The notes under the pieces are model-generated. The model did no database searches and had not been told where the DNA came from. It was given only the letters and a program-made list of their open reading frames with translations. From Chloroflexota bacterium (GTDB lineage Bacteria > Chloroflexota > Anaerolineae > Anaerolineales > Villigracilaceae): a stretch of 64,000 nt of DNA. The translations under genes and the position numbers were made by a program. This document shows, one piece after another, positions 30,664-41,115 of the stretch. The stretch is taken from NCBI GenBank assembly GCA_016195815.1, contig JACPYX010000004.1, forward strand, positions 69,168 through 133,167, read 5' to 3'. The number at the start of each line of letters is the position of its first letter. Positions within the stretch are counted from its first letter, which is position 1.

Positions 30664-32463
30664 TTATTTGCCTAATCTCGCTCGTTCCTCATCAATAACT
30701 GTTTCTTCTAGTTTTTTAAATAATGGGGCCGGCTGATTCAACTTCTTGCCAGGCTGTAACTCGCTGGGTTTCCATTGCGGGCGAGTCTCGGACTCGCCCC
30801 TGCGGTATCTCAACACCGTATGCTCGCCGAGTGAGTCTTTGACCGTCTCGGTGTATTGCTCGCCGAAGAGCGGAGTCTCATAGCCGAAGAAGCCGTGCAG
30901 TTTTTCGCAGGTGAACGGCAGGAAGGGGGCGAATATCACCTTGAGCGAGTCAATGGCTTTGAGGGCGGTGTAAACTGTTTTGGCCGCACTGTCTTTATCA
31001 ACTTTGATGGCCGACCACGGCGCGTTGACATCGAGATACACGTTCACGGCGGTGGCGAGTTTTATCGCTTCGCCCAGGGCAGAGCGCAGGCGCACGGCTT
31101 CGAGTTCCGCGCCCACAGAGTTGAATCCGTTTTCGATAACGGCCAGCAGTTCAACGTCCGTGGGACGAAGCGTTTTTACATCCACATCCGGCGCGTGCCC
31201 ATCCCAATTTTTATAACAAAACGCCAGCACGCGATTCGCAAGGTTGCCCCACGTCGCCACCAGTTCGTTATTATTGCGCGCCACGAACTCGGCCCAATCC
31301 CAATCGCTGTCTTTGGCTTCGGGCATGTTCGCGGTCAGGTAATAACGCAGGGCGTCGGGGTCATAACGCGTCAGCGCATCGCGTCCCCACACCGCCCAGT
31401 TGCGCGAGCCGCTGATCTTTTTGCCTTCGAGATTCATAAATTGATTGGCAGGCACATCGAACGGAAGAATGAGCGGGATTTCTTCGCCGGCGAAGATTTT
31501 CATGAATGCGCTTCCGACTCCCATCAGCTCGGCAGGCCACAGCGACGTGTGGAAGAAGATGTTGTCCTTGCCAATGAAGTGGAATTGCTTCGCTTTGGGA
31601 TTCGTCCACCACCCGCGCCACGCTTCATTCTCCGCCGATAACTGACTCCACTCGATGGGGGCGGAGAGGTAGCCGATGACGGCCTCGAACCAGACGTAAA
31701 GTTTTTTCGTTTCCCAGCCCGCCTCACTGACCGGGACGGGAATGCCCCAATCGAGATCACGGGTGATGGCGCGCGGTTTGAGTCCCTCAGCTTCAATCTT
31801 CCTCAGCGACTCGCCCAACACCGTATCACGCATGTGCGGGGCGCGTTCCTTGAGGAACTTCCTGACGTCGGGTTCGAGTTTGGAGAAGTCAATGAAATAA
31901 TGCTCGGTGTCGCGCAATTCGAGCGCGCCGTCGCCTGTCTTGGCGCGTGGATTAATTAGTTTTTCAGGCTCCAGCACGTTTCCGCAATTGTCGCATTGAT
32001 CGGAGCGTGCGCCCTCGAAGCCGCAAATGTAACACGTCCCTTCGACGTAACGGTCGGGCAGGAACTTGTTCGCGCTGGGTGAATACCATTGCTTGTTGAA
32101 CTGCTTGAACAGCAATCCGTTTTTTTGCAGGGCCAGGAAGATCGCCTGCGCGACCTTGAAATGATTCTCAGTGTGCGTAGATGTGAACAGGTTGTAGGTA
32201 ATGCCATAGCCTTTGAAGACTTCAAGGAAAGTATCGTGATATTTCTTATACACTTCCTCGACGGATTTGCCTTCCTTGTCCGCCGCCAGCACAACGGGCG
32301 TGCCGTGCGAGTCTGTGCCAGAAACCATCAAGACATTATTCCCTTTGAGTCTGTGATAACGCGCGACAATGTCGCCGGGCAGGTGCGAGCCGGTGATATT
32401 GCCAACGTGGATTTCGGCATTTGAATAAGGCCAGGCAATGGCGATGAGTATGTTTTCGGACAT
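30664..32463 (-). CDS. metG: Methionine--tRNA ligase
   Basis: 599 aa. HIGH-type motif HVGN, zinc knuckle CYICG...CDNCG, KMSKS-type KISGS. Confidence 0.95.
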   Translation of the reverse strand: MSENILIAIAWPYSNAEIHVGNITGSHLPGDIVARYHRLKGNNVLMVSGTDSHGTPVVLAADKEGKSVEEVYKKYHDTFLEVFKGYGITYNLFTSTHTENHFKVAQAIFLALQKNGLLFKQFNKQWYSPSANKFLPDRYVEGTCYICGFEGARSDQCDNCGNVLEPEKLINPRAKTGDGALELRDTEHYFIDFSKLEPDVRKFLKERAPHMRDTVLGESLRKIEAEGLKPRAITRDLDWGIPVPVSEAGWETKKLYVWFEAVIGYLSAPIEWSQLSAENEAWRGWWTNPKAKQFHFIGKDNIFFHTSLWPAELMGVGSAFMKIFAGEEIPLILPFDVPANQFMNLEGKKISGSRNWAVWGRDALTRYDPDALRYYLTANMPEAKDSDWDWAEFVARNNNELVATWGNLANRVLAFCYKNWDGHAPDVDVKTLRPTDVELLAVIENGFNSVGAELEAVRLRSALGEAIKLATAVNVYLDVNAPWSAIKVDKDSAAKTVYTALKAIDSLKVIFAPFLPFTCEKLHGFFGYETPLFGEQYTETVKDSLGEHTVLRYRRGESETRPQWKPSELQPGKKLNQPAPLFKKLEETVIDEERARLGK

Positions 32464-32497
32464 GAGGTGGCTCCGTAAGTAATTTGCGATTTGGAAT

Positions 32498-32526
32498 AAA
32501 AAAAGCCGCCCGCGTTACTGGACAGC
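32498..32526 (-). terminator. Intrinsic terminator inside the metG 5' leader (attenuator)
   Basis: Minus-strand RNA is GCUGUCC-AGUAACGC-GGGCGGC followed by UUUUUUU. The stem is 7 bp including 2 G-U pairs. It ends 35 nt upstream of the metG ATG. Confidence 0.55.
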
Positions 32527-32550
32527 CCGTTTTCGTTCAAGTTCGTAGGC

Positions 32551-32628
32551 CTAACGTGCTTTCCACTCGGCGCGGCAGAGCATTTCCATTCGCCCCTCCA
32601 TGTTGGGGGTTTTGGTCATGGTCACCAT
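32551..32628 (-). CDS. Putative Met-rich leader peptide ORF (25 codons) upstream of metG
   Basis: ATG GTG ACC ATG ACC AAA ACC CCC AAC ATG GAG GGG CGA ATG GAA ATG CTC TGC CGC GCC GAG TGG AAA GCA CGT TAG gives MVTMTKTPNMEGRMEMLCRAEWKAR. Five of 25 codons are AUG. No clear SD. Confidence 0.35.
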   Translation of the reverse strand: MVTMTKTPNMEGRMEMLCRAEWKAR

Positions 32629-32659
32629 TGGAAAAGCAGGTTTGTATTTCACGCTGCCA

Positions 32660-32688
32660 AGTTTACTATGTCCTCCGGCTGATGGCAA
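32660..32688 (-). promoter_or_regulatory. Candidate promoter for the metG leader
   Basis: Minus strand: TTGCCA (32688-32683), 17-nt spacer, TAAACT (32665-32660). Confidence 0.25.
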
Positions 32689-32859
32689 GTGGAAGATGCT
32701 CTTTTGGGCCTGCCAAGTATGAATTTAATTGTCAATACGGGTAAGCCGCCCTCCTATTGGATCGTTACTTAATTGTAAGATATTCACAACTTTCCGTATG
32801 CTATACTAAAAATTGATCATGGTTTATTTAATCCATTCTTTTGTGCCCTCGAGGTAACT

Positions 32860-35800
32860 ATGAAGTGGTACCAAAGCCGCACAATGTATTTGTTTGCCCT
32901 TGTGGGGTTTCTCGCGGGATTTGTATTTCTCGTTGCAGGTACCTGGCTTGATTCTATCAGGCATAGCATGCCGTTTACTGTAGAATCTTTTATCGCCTTG
33001 CATAAGATCGACCCCATGATATTAATGCTCGATATTGCCCCGCTTGTCATGGGTATTATGGCTGGATTAATCGGGACGCAACGCAGCCTTTCTACGGCGG
33101 TGGCTCGGGCAGAAAAGGAATGGGAGGTCATTTTCGACTCTTTTTCAGATCCAATATTTGTCATCAACATAAATAATGTGATTCTGCGCTGCAACCATGC
33201 TGTTGCAGACCGTCTTAATACAAACTTCGCAAACCTGATCGGAAAGCCTCTTATTGACACCATTGGCGTGAATCATCTGGATTCCATAAAAACTGGTATA
33301 GGAGAATTTCTGTGGCTAAAACGTTTATATGAAGTTTCTGCATATTCAATCCAGGCCGCGGATGTGGAACCGCAAACACTCATTATTTTTCATGATGTGA
33401 CTGATCGAAAAGAGGCAGAGGATAAACTATTCCTTGAAAAGAATCTCCTGCGAACATTAATTGACAACCTGCCGGACCGCATCTACGTCAAAGATACCCA
33501 CGGAAGAAAAAGCATATCCAACCATGCGGATATGCTCGCCTCTGGTGGGAAAACCATGCAGGATGTTGTTGGAAAATCGGATTTTGATCTGTATCCTGCC
33601 GAACTTGCCGAAAAGTTTTGGGCAGACGATAAAGCGGTGTTGGATACTGAATTCCCGGTATTAAATCGTGAAGAACCCGGCCTTGACGAAAACGGAAATT
33701 CAATCTGGGTAATGACATCGAAGGCGCCCGTAAAAGACAGCCTTGGGCAGGTGGTGGGACTGGTAGGCATTGGCCGCGATATCACCCAGCAGAAAAATAT
33801 TGAGTTGGAGATCAAGCGCCAGAAACAATTTTATGAAACACTTATTTCAAATAGTCCAGTTGCCATTGTCGTTCTGGATACCGATGAAAAGATCAGCTCA
33901 TGCAACCCGGCTTTTGAAAATTTATTCGGTTATAAAAGCGACGAGATTATGGGGGTGTCACTGGATACACTGATCACGACCGATGAAACTCGTTTGGAAG
34001 CTCGAAATTATACACAACAAGTCATGAATGGTACCGTTCATGCATTTAGCAAACGCCGCCGCAAAGACGGCTCTTTGGTGGATGTTGAAATTTTCGGCGC
34101 GCCCGTATTTGTGGAAGGAGAGAAGGTTGGTGCGCTGGCGATCTACCACGATATATCCGAAATTGTCCGCGCCCAGCAGGAAGCCGAAGAAGCCAACCGC
34201 TCAAAGAGCGAATTCCTCGCCAATATGAGCCACGAAATCCGCACGCCAATGAACGGCGTCATGGGCATGCTTGAACTGGCGCTTGATACCCAGCTTACTT
34301 CCGAACAGACCGATTATCTGCAAACATCGCTGCATAGCGCAGAAGCGCTCCTGTCCCTGCTCAATGATATTCTTGATTTCTCCAAGATCGAAGCAGGCAG
34401 GCTCGAACTCGAATCGATCAACTTCAGCCTGCGGAATGCAATCGAAGATGTGGCGTATACACTTGCCAAGCGCGCTCAAGACAAGGGACTCGAAATGGCT
34501 TGTTTGGTGGATCCAGACCTGACATCCAATTTGCGCGGCGACCCAGGCAGATTAAGACAAATATTGGTCAACCTCGTTGGGAACGCCATCAAATTTACGC
34601 ATCAAGGTGAGATCGTTATTCGTGCTGAGCCCATTGAAGAGTCAGATAACCACGTTACCGTCCATTTCTCGGTGCAGGATACAGGCATTGGCATCCCGTA
34701 TGAACGTCAGGCCGCAGTCTTCGACAGGTTTACCCAGGCCGATGGGTCCACCACGCGCACATACGGCGGAACAGGGCTGGGTCTCACAATTTCCAAGCAG
34801 CTGGTTGAAGTTATGGGAGGCAGGATCGGCCTCGAAAGCACACCGGGCATCGGAACTACTTTTTGGTTCGATGTAAAGTTCGAGAAACAACCTCCTGAAC
34901 GTCGCGGCGTTACAGCTCCGCTCACACTTGGGCCTGTGAACCTTGCACAGGCGCGCATTCTCGTTGTGGATGATAATCAGACCAACCGTATGATCCTCAC
35001 AAAGAATGTGGAAGCGCTTGGTTCCCGTGTGGATGTTGTCTCCAGCGGCGCGAAAGCCCTTGAGAGTCTTCGCAACGCGCATCGCACCGGCGACCCTTAT
35101 CACATCGTCCTGCTCGATATGCAAATGCCAGGCATGGACGGAGAACAGACCGCCCGCGCCATCAAGAGCGACCCTGCCGTGAAAGATGTCAAGATCCTCA
35201 TCCTCACGTCCATGGGACAGCGCGGAGATGCCGCCCGCCTCGAAGCGCTCGGATGCTCCGGTTATTTACTCAAGCCTGTAAAACAGCAAATGTTATTCGA
35301 TGCTGTTATCGCGGTACTGGGTCGCAAGGAAGACCAGCCACCAAGCCTCATCACGCGTCACCTGCTTTCAGAGCAAAGGAAATTCAACCTTCGCCTTCTA
35401 TTGGCCGAAGATAACCCCATCAATCAAAAACTGGCAGTCATCTTGTTGCAAAAAGCGGGCTACTCGGTAGATGCGGTAGAAACAGGCGCGCAGGCTCTCG
35501 AAAAAACGCAGGCCAATCACTACAGCGCCGTACTGATGGATGTTCAAATGCCCGAGATGGATGGTTTCGAAGCCACGCGCCGCATCCGCGCATGGGAACA
35601 GGAAAACAGCCAGCATGTTCCAATCATTGCCATGACGGCACATGCCATGGCGGGAGATCGCGAGCGCTGTCTCGAAGCAGGAATGGATGATTACATTACC
35701 AAACCGCTGGAGCCGCGCGCATTGTTCAATGCCATTGATCGCTGGACGCAAACCGATACCCCGCCCGGCGCTTCTGTCGCGGCCGGCCTTCCGCAGGATT

Positions 35801-36261
35801 ATTCATCAAATACCGGCATTTTATCCGAAACGTTTGACGATGGACTCTTTGGCGAACCGACCGATCCCGCCTCTAATGAGATGATGGAATCTGCTCCCGT
35901 TTCAAAGGCCGAATCATCCTCTTCGACTCTTCCCGTCAACTTCAAAACCGCCCTGCATCGTTTTGGCGGCGACGCTGAATTTATGAAGGAAATGTTCCAG
36001 GAATTCAAAGACCACATCCCGGAACGTATGGATGAAATTCGCGCCGCTTTGCAATCTGGCAACGCCGGCGTCCTCGGACGCCTCGCGCACAACCTCAAAG
36101 GAGTTTCCCTCAACTTCAGCGCCGAACCACTTGCCAATACCGCTCTCCAAATTGAAGAATTGTGCAGGCACGAAGATCTGACGAACGCGCCGGCCCTCGT
36201 CGCTCAGTTGGGGACGGAAGCCGGCAGACTCGTTGAATATCTTTCAACTCACGCTCCGTAA
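32860..36261 (+). CDS. Hybrid sensor histidine kinase: membrane N-terminus, multiple PAS, HisKA, HATPase, two receiver domains, C-terminal HPt
   Basis: 1133 aa. H-box [10 protein letters not shown]-box GTGLGLTIS, two REC domains ([24 protein letters not shown]), HPt HNLKGVS. Confidence 0.9.
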   Translation: MKWYQSRTMYLFALVGFLAGFVFLVAGTWLDSIRHSMPFTVESFIALHKIDPMILMLDIAPLVMGIMAGLIGTQRSLSTAVARAEKEWEVIFDSFSDPIFVININNVILRCNHAVADRLNTNFANLIGKPLIDTIGVNHLDSIKTGIGEFLWLKRLYEVSAYSIQAADVEPQTLIIFHDVTDRKEAEDKLFLEKNLLRTLIDNLPDRIYVKDTHGRKSISNHADMLASGGKTMQDVVGKSDFDLYPAELAEKFWADDKAVLDTEFPVLNREEPGLDENGNSIWVMTSKAPVKDSLGQVVGLVGIGRDITQQKNIELEIKRQKQFYETLISNSPVAIVVLDTDEKISSCNPAFENLFGYKSDEIMGVSLDTLITTDETRLEARNYTQQVMNGTVHAFSKRRRKDGSLVDVEIFGAPVFVEGEKVGALAIYHDISEIVRAQQEAEEANRSKSEFLANMSHEIRTPMNGVMGMLELALDTQLTSEQTDYLQTSLHSAEALLSLLNDILDFSKIEAGRLELESINFSLRNAIEDVAYTLAKRAQDKGLEMACLVDPDLTSNLRGDPGRLRQILVNLVGNAIKFTHQGEIVIRAEPIEESDNHVTVHFSVQDTGIGIPYERQAAVFDRFTQADGSTTRTYGGTGLGLTISKQLVEVMGGRIGLESTPGIGTTFWFDVKFEKQPPERRGVTAPLTLGPVNLAQARILVVDDNQTNRMILTKNVEALGSRVDVVSSGAKALESLRNAHRTGDPYHIVLLDMQMPGMDGEQTARAIKSDPAVKDVKILILTSMGQRGDAARLEALGCSGYLLKPVKQQMLFDAVIAVLGRKEDQPPSLITRHLLSEQRKFNLRLLLAEDNPINQKLAVILLQKAGYSVDAVETGAQALEKTQANHYSAVLMDVQMPEMDGFEATRRIRAWEQENSQHVPIIAMTAHAMAGDRERCLEAGMDDYITKPLEPRALFNAIDRWTQTDTPPGASVAAGLPQDYSSNTGILSETFDDGLFGEPTDPASNEMMESAPVSKAESSSSTLPVNFKTALHRFGGDAEFMKEMFQEFKDHIPERMDEIRAALQSGNAGVLGRLAHNLKGVSLNFSAEPLANTALQIEELCRHEDLTNAPALVAQLGTEAGRLVEYLSTHAP

Positions 36262-36276
36262 GAAAGGAGAAATAAA

Positions 36277-37494
36277 ATGCCCCGTGTGCTTTTTATTGAC
36301 GATGAACCTCTCAATTACCAGTTGGTGGCGCATGCACTTGAACCTCTCAAATGCGAATTGCACTATGCTGAAAATGGAAAGAACGGAGTGGAGCGGGCGC
36401 GCAACATCAAACCCGATATTATCATCACCGATGTAATGATGCCTGAGATCAACGGCTACGAAGTGACTCGTCTGTTGCGCCGCGATTTGCAATTTTCATC
36501 CACGCCCATCCTTGTTTTGACCGCGCAATCCGGGCTTCAGGATAAATTGAAATCCTTTGAAGCCGGCGCAGACGATCACCTGACCAAGCCCTTCGAAGCC
36601 GCGGAATTAGCCGCCAGGGTAGCATCCCTGCTCAGGCGCGCGGAAACCGCTAAAATGTCCCGCGTAGAAACTGCCGCCAGGGAAGGTGCGCACATGATTG
36701 CCATCCATAGTCTGCGCGGAGGGACGGGGTGTTCCTCGCTCGCAACCAACCTCGGTGTCGGGCTGGCCGGGTTGTGGATGAAACCTGTTGCTTTGCTCGA
36801 TCTAACGATGACTGCCGGGCAGGTTGCTTTAATGTTGAACATGACTCTACGCCGCACATGGGCGGATATTGCCCGTTTTGAGCCGGCTGAACTGGATGCG
36901 GATGTTGTTGCGTCCATCTTGAGCCTTCACGAAAGCGGACTTTCATTCATTGCCGCGCCAACCTTTCCATCTCAGGCAGAGACTTTGCGCGGCGAAACAT
37001 TGGGCACTGCGATCAGGCTGGTTAAATCCCAGAACGAATACGTAATCGCCGACTTACCGCACGATTTCAGCGAACCTGCCATTCAAGCCCTCGATGCGGC
37101 AGATGTGATTCTAATGGTTGCCACGCCGGATATGGCCTCCATCCGCGCCGTTACTGCCGCGATGGACACTTATGAAAAACTTGGATATCCAAGAGAGAAG
37201 ATCAAATTTTTATTGAGCGCCACCTTCCCGCATTCCTCTCTGTTGAAGGAGAAAATTGAAGCCGCACTCGGTACAACTGCACTTGCCACAATTCCCTATG
37301 TGCAGGATGTTTTTGTGGATGCGATCAATCTCGGCCAGCCCGTCGTTTATGCAAGGCCCGATTTGCCGGTATCTGGTCTTTTAGAGGATTTTGCTTTTCA
37401 TCTGAGCAAAGATGCTCATAAAAAAGCCAAACCCGAAAATCCCACCGAAACATGGAAGAGAGTATACAAACGTTTTCAGGAAAGAAAAAAATAG
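36277..37494 (+). CDS. Response regulator receiver fused to a ParA/MinD/CpaE-like P-loop domain with degenerate Walker A
   Basis: 405 aa. REC domain (FIDDE..., IIITDVMMPEING, K in HLTKP). The ATPase-like domain has RGGTGCSS where the deviant Walker A KGGxGK[ST] is expected. Confidence 0.8.
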   Translation: MPRVLFIDDEPLNYQLVAHALEPLKCELHYAENGKNGVERARNIKPDIIITDVMMPEINGYEVTRLLRRDLQFSSTPILVLTAQSGLQDKLKSFEAGADDHLTKPFEAAELAARVASLLRRAETAKMSRVETAAREGAHMIAIHSLRGGTGCSSLATNLGVGLAGLWMKPVALLDLTMTAGQVALMLNMTLRRTWADIARFEPAELDADVVASILSLHESGLSFIAAPTFPSQAETLRGETLGTAIRLVKSQNEYVIADLPHDFSEPAIQALDAADVILMVATPDMASIRAVTAAMDTYEKLGYPREKIKFLLSATFPHSSLLKEKIEAALGTTALATIPYVQDVFVDAINLGQPVVYARPDLPVSGLLEDFAFHLSKDAHKKAKPENPTETWKRVYKRFQERKK

Positions 37495-37519
37495 GCAAAA
37501 GATATTAATATTTTTGTAA

Positions 37520-37553
37520 AAACAACGCCCCCAAGAATCAGGGGACGTTGTTT
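37520..37553. terminator. Bidirectional terminator between convergent RR gene and rpoD
   Basis: AAACAACGCCCC pairs with GGGGACGTTGTTT with one internal mismatch. A T-run lies on the minus-strand side (TTTTT at 37511-37515). Confidence 0.55.
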
Positions 37554-37556
37554 GCT

Positions 37557-38741
37557 TTATAAATATTCCTTCAATTCGCGCGCTTTGCGCGGATTTCTCA
37601 ACTGTCTCAGCGCCTTGCCTTCGATCTGTCGGATGCGTTCACGCGTCAGGCCGAATTTCTGGCCGACTTCCTCCAGCGTGTAGATATTGCCATCGTCGAG
37701 TCCAAAGCGCAGACGCAGCACGCGCGCCTCGCGCGGCGAGAGACTGGTGAGCACTTCTTCCAGTTTGTCTTTCAGCATGGACTCGTATGCGTTTTGCTGT
37801 GGCGAGGGCGTGAGATCATCGCGAATGAACATGCCCATCTCAGACTCGCCGTCCTCGCCGGCAGGGGATTCCAGCGAGAGCGGCTGCCAGGAAACCTTGT
37901 GGATCCACTGAACTTTTTCGACGCTCAATTTGACGTTTTCTGCCAACTCCTCGATGGTAGGCTGCCGCCCCAGCTTTTGTTCCAATTCCTGAGTGGCTTT
38001 ATACAACATGCGGATGCGGTCAATCATGTGGACGGGCACGCGGATTGTCCGCGCCTGGTCGGCCAGCGCGCGCGAGATGGTTTGCCGAATCCACCAGGTG
38101 GCATAGGTCGAGAAGCGGAAGCCGCGGTGATAATCATATTTCTCGACTGCTTTCATCAGGCCGAGGTTGCCCTCCTGGATCAGGTCGAGAAATGCGACGC
38201 CGCGTCCCATATAGCGTTTGGCGATGGACACAACCAGCCGCGTGTTGGCTTTGATCAAATGCTCACGCGCCGCGCTGCCATCTTGAACGAGCAGTTCAAG
38301 TTTGCGGCGTGAGGCGGTTAAGTTGCGGCTGCTGAGAGTCAGCAGTTCGGCTTTTGCACGGCGTCCCTTTTCGATGCGGATGGCGATACTGAGTTCATCT
38401 TCCATTGAAAGCAGGGGTACGCGTGTCATCTCCTTGAGATACAGGCCGATCGGGTCGTCGCCGGAGAGATGTTCATTTGAGTGTGAATCAAGGTCTGTGA
38501 GGGATGAGTCCGCTTCGGGGGCGGTGTCTGACGCGGCCTCTTCGTCTGTGTCAACAACATCTACACCGCGATGTTGCAAGATTGCGAAGAGGGCGCGTAG
38601 TTTCTCGCTGTTGCGCGCAGAATCAGGAAAGACCTCCATGAGATCGTCGGTGGTCAAATATCCTTGAACGCCGGCTTTTTCCATAAGAAGGCCGAGCACA
38701 ATTTCTCGTTGGCTTGCTTTCAAGGAGCCTCCAGGGCGCAA
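37557..38741 (-). CDS. rpoD: RNA polymerase primary sigma factor (sigma-70 family, group 1)
   Basis: 394 aa. Region 2 has [17 protein letters not shown] and YATWWIRQ. Region 4 has [16 protein letters not shown]. Confidence 0.9.
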   Translation of the reverse strand: MRPGGSLKASQREIVLGLLMEKAGVQGYLTTDDLMEVFPDSARNSEKLRALFAILQHRGVDVVDTDEEAASDTAPEADSSLTDLDSHSNEHLSGDDPIGLYLKEMTRVPLLSMEDELSIAIRIEKGRRAKAELLTLSSRNLTASRRKLELLVQDGSAAREHLIKANTRLVVSIAKRYMGRGVAFLDLIQEGNLGLMKAVEKYDYHRGFRFSTYATWWIRQTISRALADQARTIRVPVHMIDRIRMLYKATQELEQKLGRQPTIEELAENVKLSVEKVQWIHKVSWQPLSLESPAGEDGESEMGMFIRDDLTPSPQQNAYESMLKDKLEEVLTSLSPREARVLRLRFGLDDGNIYTLEEVGQKFGLTRERIRQIEGKALRQLRNPRKARELKEYL

Positions 38742-38745
38742 TGGG

Positions 38746-39249
38746 CTATAACAATTTTTTCAGGATGGAGAACGGCGAGTCGTCTTCGGGCTGCCGGTGT
38801 CCGCAATTGGCGAGGTTGAGGTCCTGCCCGCATTCGAGGCACAGGCCTTTGCAATCGGGTTTGCAGATGGGGTTGATGGGTACTTCGAGCAGGGCATATT
38901 CGCGCAGGAGCGGCGCGAGATCTATTTGAGCGTCTTCGGGGATGATGAGATCCGATTCGCTCACAGACTTGTAGCTGAACGCGTATAGCTCGGTTAATTT
39001 CCAGACGAGGTGGTGGCTGTAAGGCTTCAAGCACCTGACGCACTCAAGGTCGGTGTCGCCTTGAAAAGAGCCGGTCAGGATGAGTCCCTGCGGCGTGCGG
39101 CCTACTTGTGCTGACCCGCTAAATTGCCGGAGTTCCAAATCGTCGAGCTTGATCTTGTCGAATTCGAACGGAAACTCGCCGACGTGGCCGATATCCGCGT
39201 GAATGATGAATCCGACATTGATCCGAAAGGGCTTGCGTGAATTGACCAT
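38746..39249 (-). CDS. DUF177 (YceD-like) protein
   Basis: 167 aa. The C-terminal CKPDCKGLCLECGQDLN cysteine motif is typical of YceD/DUF177. Confidence 0.8.
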   Translation of the reverse strand: MVNSRKPFRINVGFIIHADIGHVGEFPFEFDKIKLDDLELRQFSGSAQVGRTPQGLILTGSFQGDTDLECVRCLKPYSHHLVWKLTELYAFSYKSVSESDLIIPEDAQIDLAPLLREYALLEVPINPICKPDCKGLCLECGQDLNLANCGHRQPEDDSPFSILKKLL

Positions 39250-39269
39250 GTTGATGCCGCTGATTGATT

Positions 39270-40235
39270 TTATACTTTTCTATCTACAATGAATTTTGCC
39301 AGGTTTTCCAGTGATTCAAGTTCGGGGCTGGGTTCAAATCTTTCAAGGGCGCGCAGGGCGCGCTCTACATGCTGGGTGGCTTCGGCCATGGCTTTTTTGA
39401 CCGAATCGGTGCTGCGGATGGAATTGACCAGGCGCGCCATGCGTTCCTGGTTGGCCCAGCCGCCATCGGCCAGGGATTTAATATCTTCATCAGTGGGGTG
39501 CGACTCGGCGTAGAAAATGGCCGGAAGCGTGACAAGGCCGTTGAGCAGGTCTGAGCCGACGGGTTTGCCGATGGCGGTTTGTTCGCCGGTGAAGTCGAGG
39601 ATGTCGTCTATGATCTGGAAGGCGATGCCAACTTCATAGCCAAATACGCGCATCGATTCGATCACCGATTCATCCACCGGGCTGACCATGGCCGCCGAGC
39701 GGCTGGTCATTTCAAATAATGAGGCAGTCTTGGCGTAGATGCGCTGGGAATAGTTCTCGCGGCTGATGACGCCGCGCGCCGAAAACATTTGCGTCAATTC
39801 GCCGTTGACAATGACTGCCAGCGTCTCCGAAAACAATTTCATCAGCGGCAAATAGTCGGTCTCGGCCGCCAGTTTAGCGGCGCGCGCAAAAAGGAAATCT
39901 CCCGTTAAAACAGTGGCGGCGGGCGACCAGCGCGCGTTGAGGGTGGGCATGCCGCGGCGCAAGAGCGCGCCGTCAATCAAGTCATCGTGTACCAGCGTGG
40001 CAGTGTGTAGTAATTCCACAGCCGCGCCGAGTGTTATGAGCTTTTCCTCGGGCGCGCCAAGCATGTTTCCGACCAACAGGCCTAAAGTCGGGCGGATGCG
40101 TTTTCCGCCGGCGGCCAAAATTTGCTCGAAGGCGGCGCGCAAATCTGGATGACGGTCATCCGCCTGCGCATGCAGGCGGGACTCAATGGCTTGAAGTTGT
40201 TCTTGAACGGGAGAAAGGAACGTAACGTTGTTCAA
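39270..40235 (-). CDS. Polyprenyl diphosphate synthase (trans-isoprenyl, medium/long chain)
   Basis: 321 aa. First and second Asp-rich motifs LVHDDLIDG and DDILDF. Confidence 0.85.
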   Translation of the reverse strand: MNNVTFLSPVQEQLQAIESRLHAQADDRHPDLRAAFEQILAAGGKRIRPTLGLLVGNMLGAPEEKLITLGAAVELLHTATLVHDDLIDGALLRRGMPTLNARWSPAATVLTGDFLFARAAKLAAETDYLPLMKLFSETLAVIVNGELTQMFSARGVISRENYSQRIYAKTASLFEMTSRSAAMVSPVDESVIESMRVFGYEVGIAFQIIDDILDFTGEQTAIGKPVGSDLLNGLVTLPAIFYAESHPTDEDIKSLADGGWANQERMARLVNSIRSTDSVKKAMAEATQHVERALRALERFEPSPELESLENLAKFIVDRKV

Positions 40236-41053
40236 ACAGTCTCTCCCCAGGAGAAGAGTCGTGCCGCGTTTTCTGATGTAATCATGGCAACCTCCTGCGG
40301 GGTGTGGGAATGGATTTCTGCAATTTTATCAGCAATATGCGAAACAAAGGCAGGTTCGTTGCGTTTTCCTCGGTGTGGAATTGGGGCGAGAAAAGGCGCG
40401 TCAGTTTCGATGAGCAGCCTGTCCAGCGGCAGGCTGGCAATGACCTGACGTTTCCCGTCTGCGTTTTTGTACGTGACCGGGCCGGTGACGCCGATATAGA
40501 ATCCGAGGCGGAGCGCGCGTTGCGCGGTTTCGAGCGAGCCGCTGAATGAGTGCAGGACGCCGGGCGCTTCTTTTCCGGACTTTGAGCGGCCTGCCCATTC
40601 ATCGAGAATTTCCATCAAGTCTGACGCGCACTCGCCGTGCTCGGCGTCGTTTTTTTCGCGCAGGTGAATTACGACCGGCAAATTCAATTCTTCGGCCAGC
40701 ACGAGTTGTTCCTTCAATATTTTTTGTTGGAGATCATGCGGCGCATCGTTCCAGTAATAGTCGAGTCCGATCTCGCCGATGGCCGCGATCTTTTTGCTGG
40801 CGGACGCGAGTTTTCTCAAGCCTGCCAGCGTTTCGTCGTTCCATGTCAGTGCATCGTTGGGGTGGACGCCGATGGCGGCGTAAAGCATGGGGTGAGTCCC
40901 GGCCAATTTAACGGCGGCCCGGCTTGAGTCGAGAGTCAGAGCCGGGATCAGGATGCGCGTCAGGCCTGTGTCTATGGCGCGTTGAATCACTGCGTCGCGG
41001 TCTGTGTCGAACTTATTTAAATCCAAATGGCAGTGAGTGTCTGTTAAGTTCAA
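40232..41053 (-). CDS. tatD: TatD family metal-dependent hydrolase/DNase
   Basis: 273 aa. DTHCHL start motif. 4-nt overlap with the downstream gene. Confidence 0.9.
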   Translation of the reverse strand: MNLTDTHCHLDLNKFDTDRDAVIQRAIDTGLTRILIPALTLDSSRAAVKLAGTHPMLYAAIGVHPNDALTWNDETLAGLRKLASASKKIAAIGEIGLDYYWNDAPHDLQQKILKEQLVLAEELNLPVVIHLREKNDAEHGECASDLMEILDEWAGRSKSGKEAPGVLHSFSGSLETAQRALRLGFYIGVTGPVTYKNADGKRQVIASLPLDRLLIETDAPFLAPIPHRGKRNEPAFVSHIADKIAEIHSHTPQEVAMITSENAARLFSWGETV

Positions 41054-41115
41054 GGTTCAAAGTTGAAAGTTGGGCGTTTGGCATTAAACCTTCAAACCGG
41101 CAACTTTCAAACCAT
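41051..41115. repeat. GTTGAAAG/GTTGAAGG low-complexity palindromic element (second copy, opposite orientation to 24431..24494)
   Basis: The reverse complement contains GTTTGAAAGTTGCCGGTTTGAAGGTT, versus GTTTGAAAGTTGACAGGTTGAAGGTT at 24436-24461. TTGAAAGTTG pairs with CAACTTTCAA. It also encodes the last residues (GLKVAGLKV) of the PGM gene. Confidence 0.4.

Noticed and set aside
32555-32566. Shared AAGCACGYTA(A)GG motif in the metG leader and the aspS leader (51500 region)
   Set aside because: An 11-nt similarity at different positions relative to the terminators could easily be chance. It is not used as evidence.
32464-32700. T-box or SAM riboswitch in the metG leader
   Set aside because: I looked for the T-box sequence (…GGGUGGUACCGCG…), AGAGA/GA-motif, AGUA boxes and F-box (CCGUUA). 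Only loose fragments were present (AAUGGUGACCAUG, ACGUUA), and they are in the wrong order and spacing relative to the terminator. I could not recognise a SAM-I core (…GGAGGGA..GGCCC…GCAACC) either. A covariance-model scan is still needed.
32484-32744. Plus-strand 86-aa ORF in the metG/HK intergenic region
   Set aside because: It lies antisense to the metG leader, has no SD and no family resemblance, and overlaps the leader terminator. It is most likely spurious.
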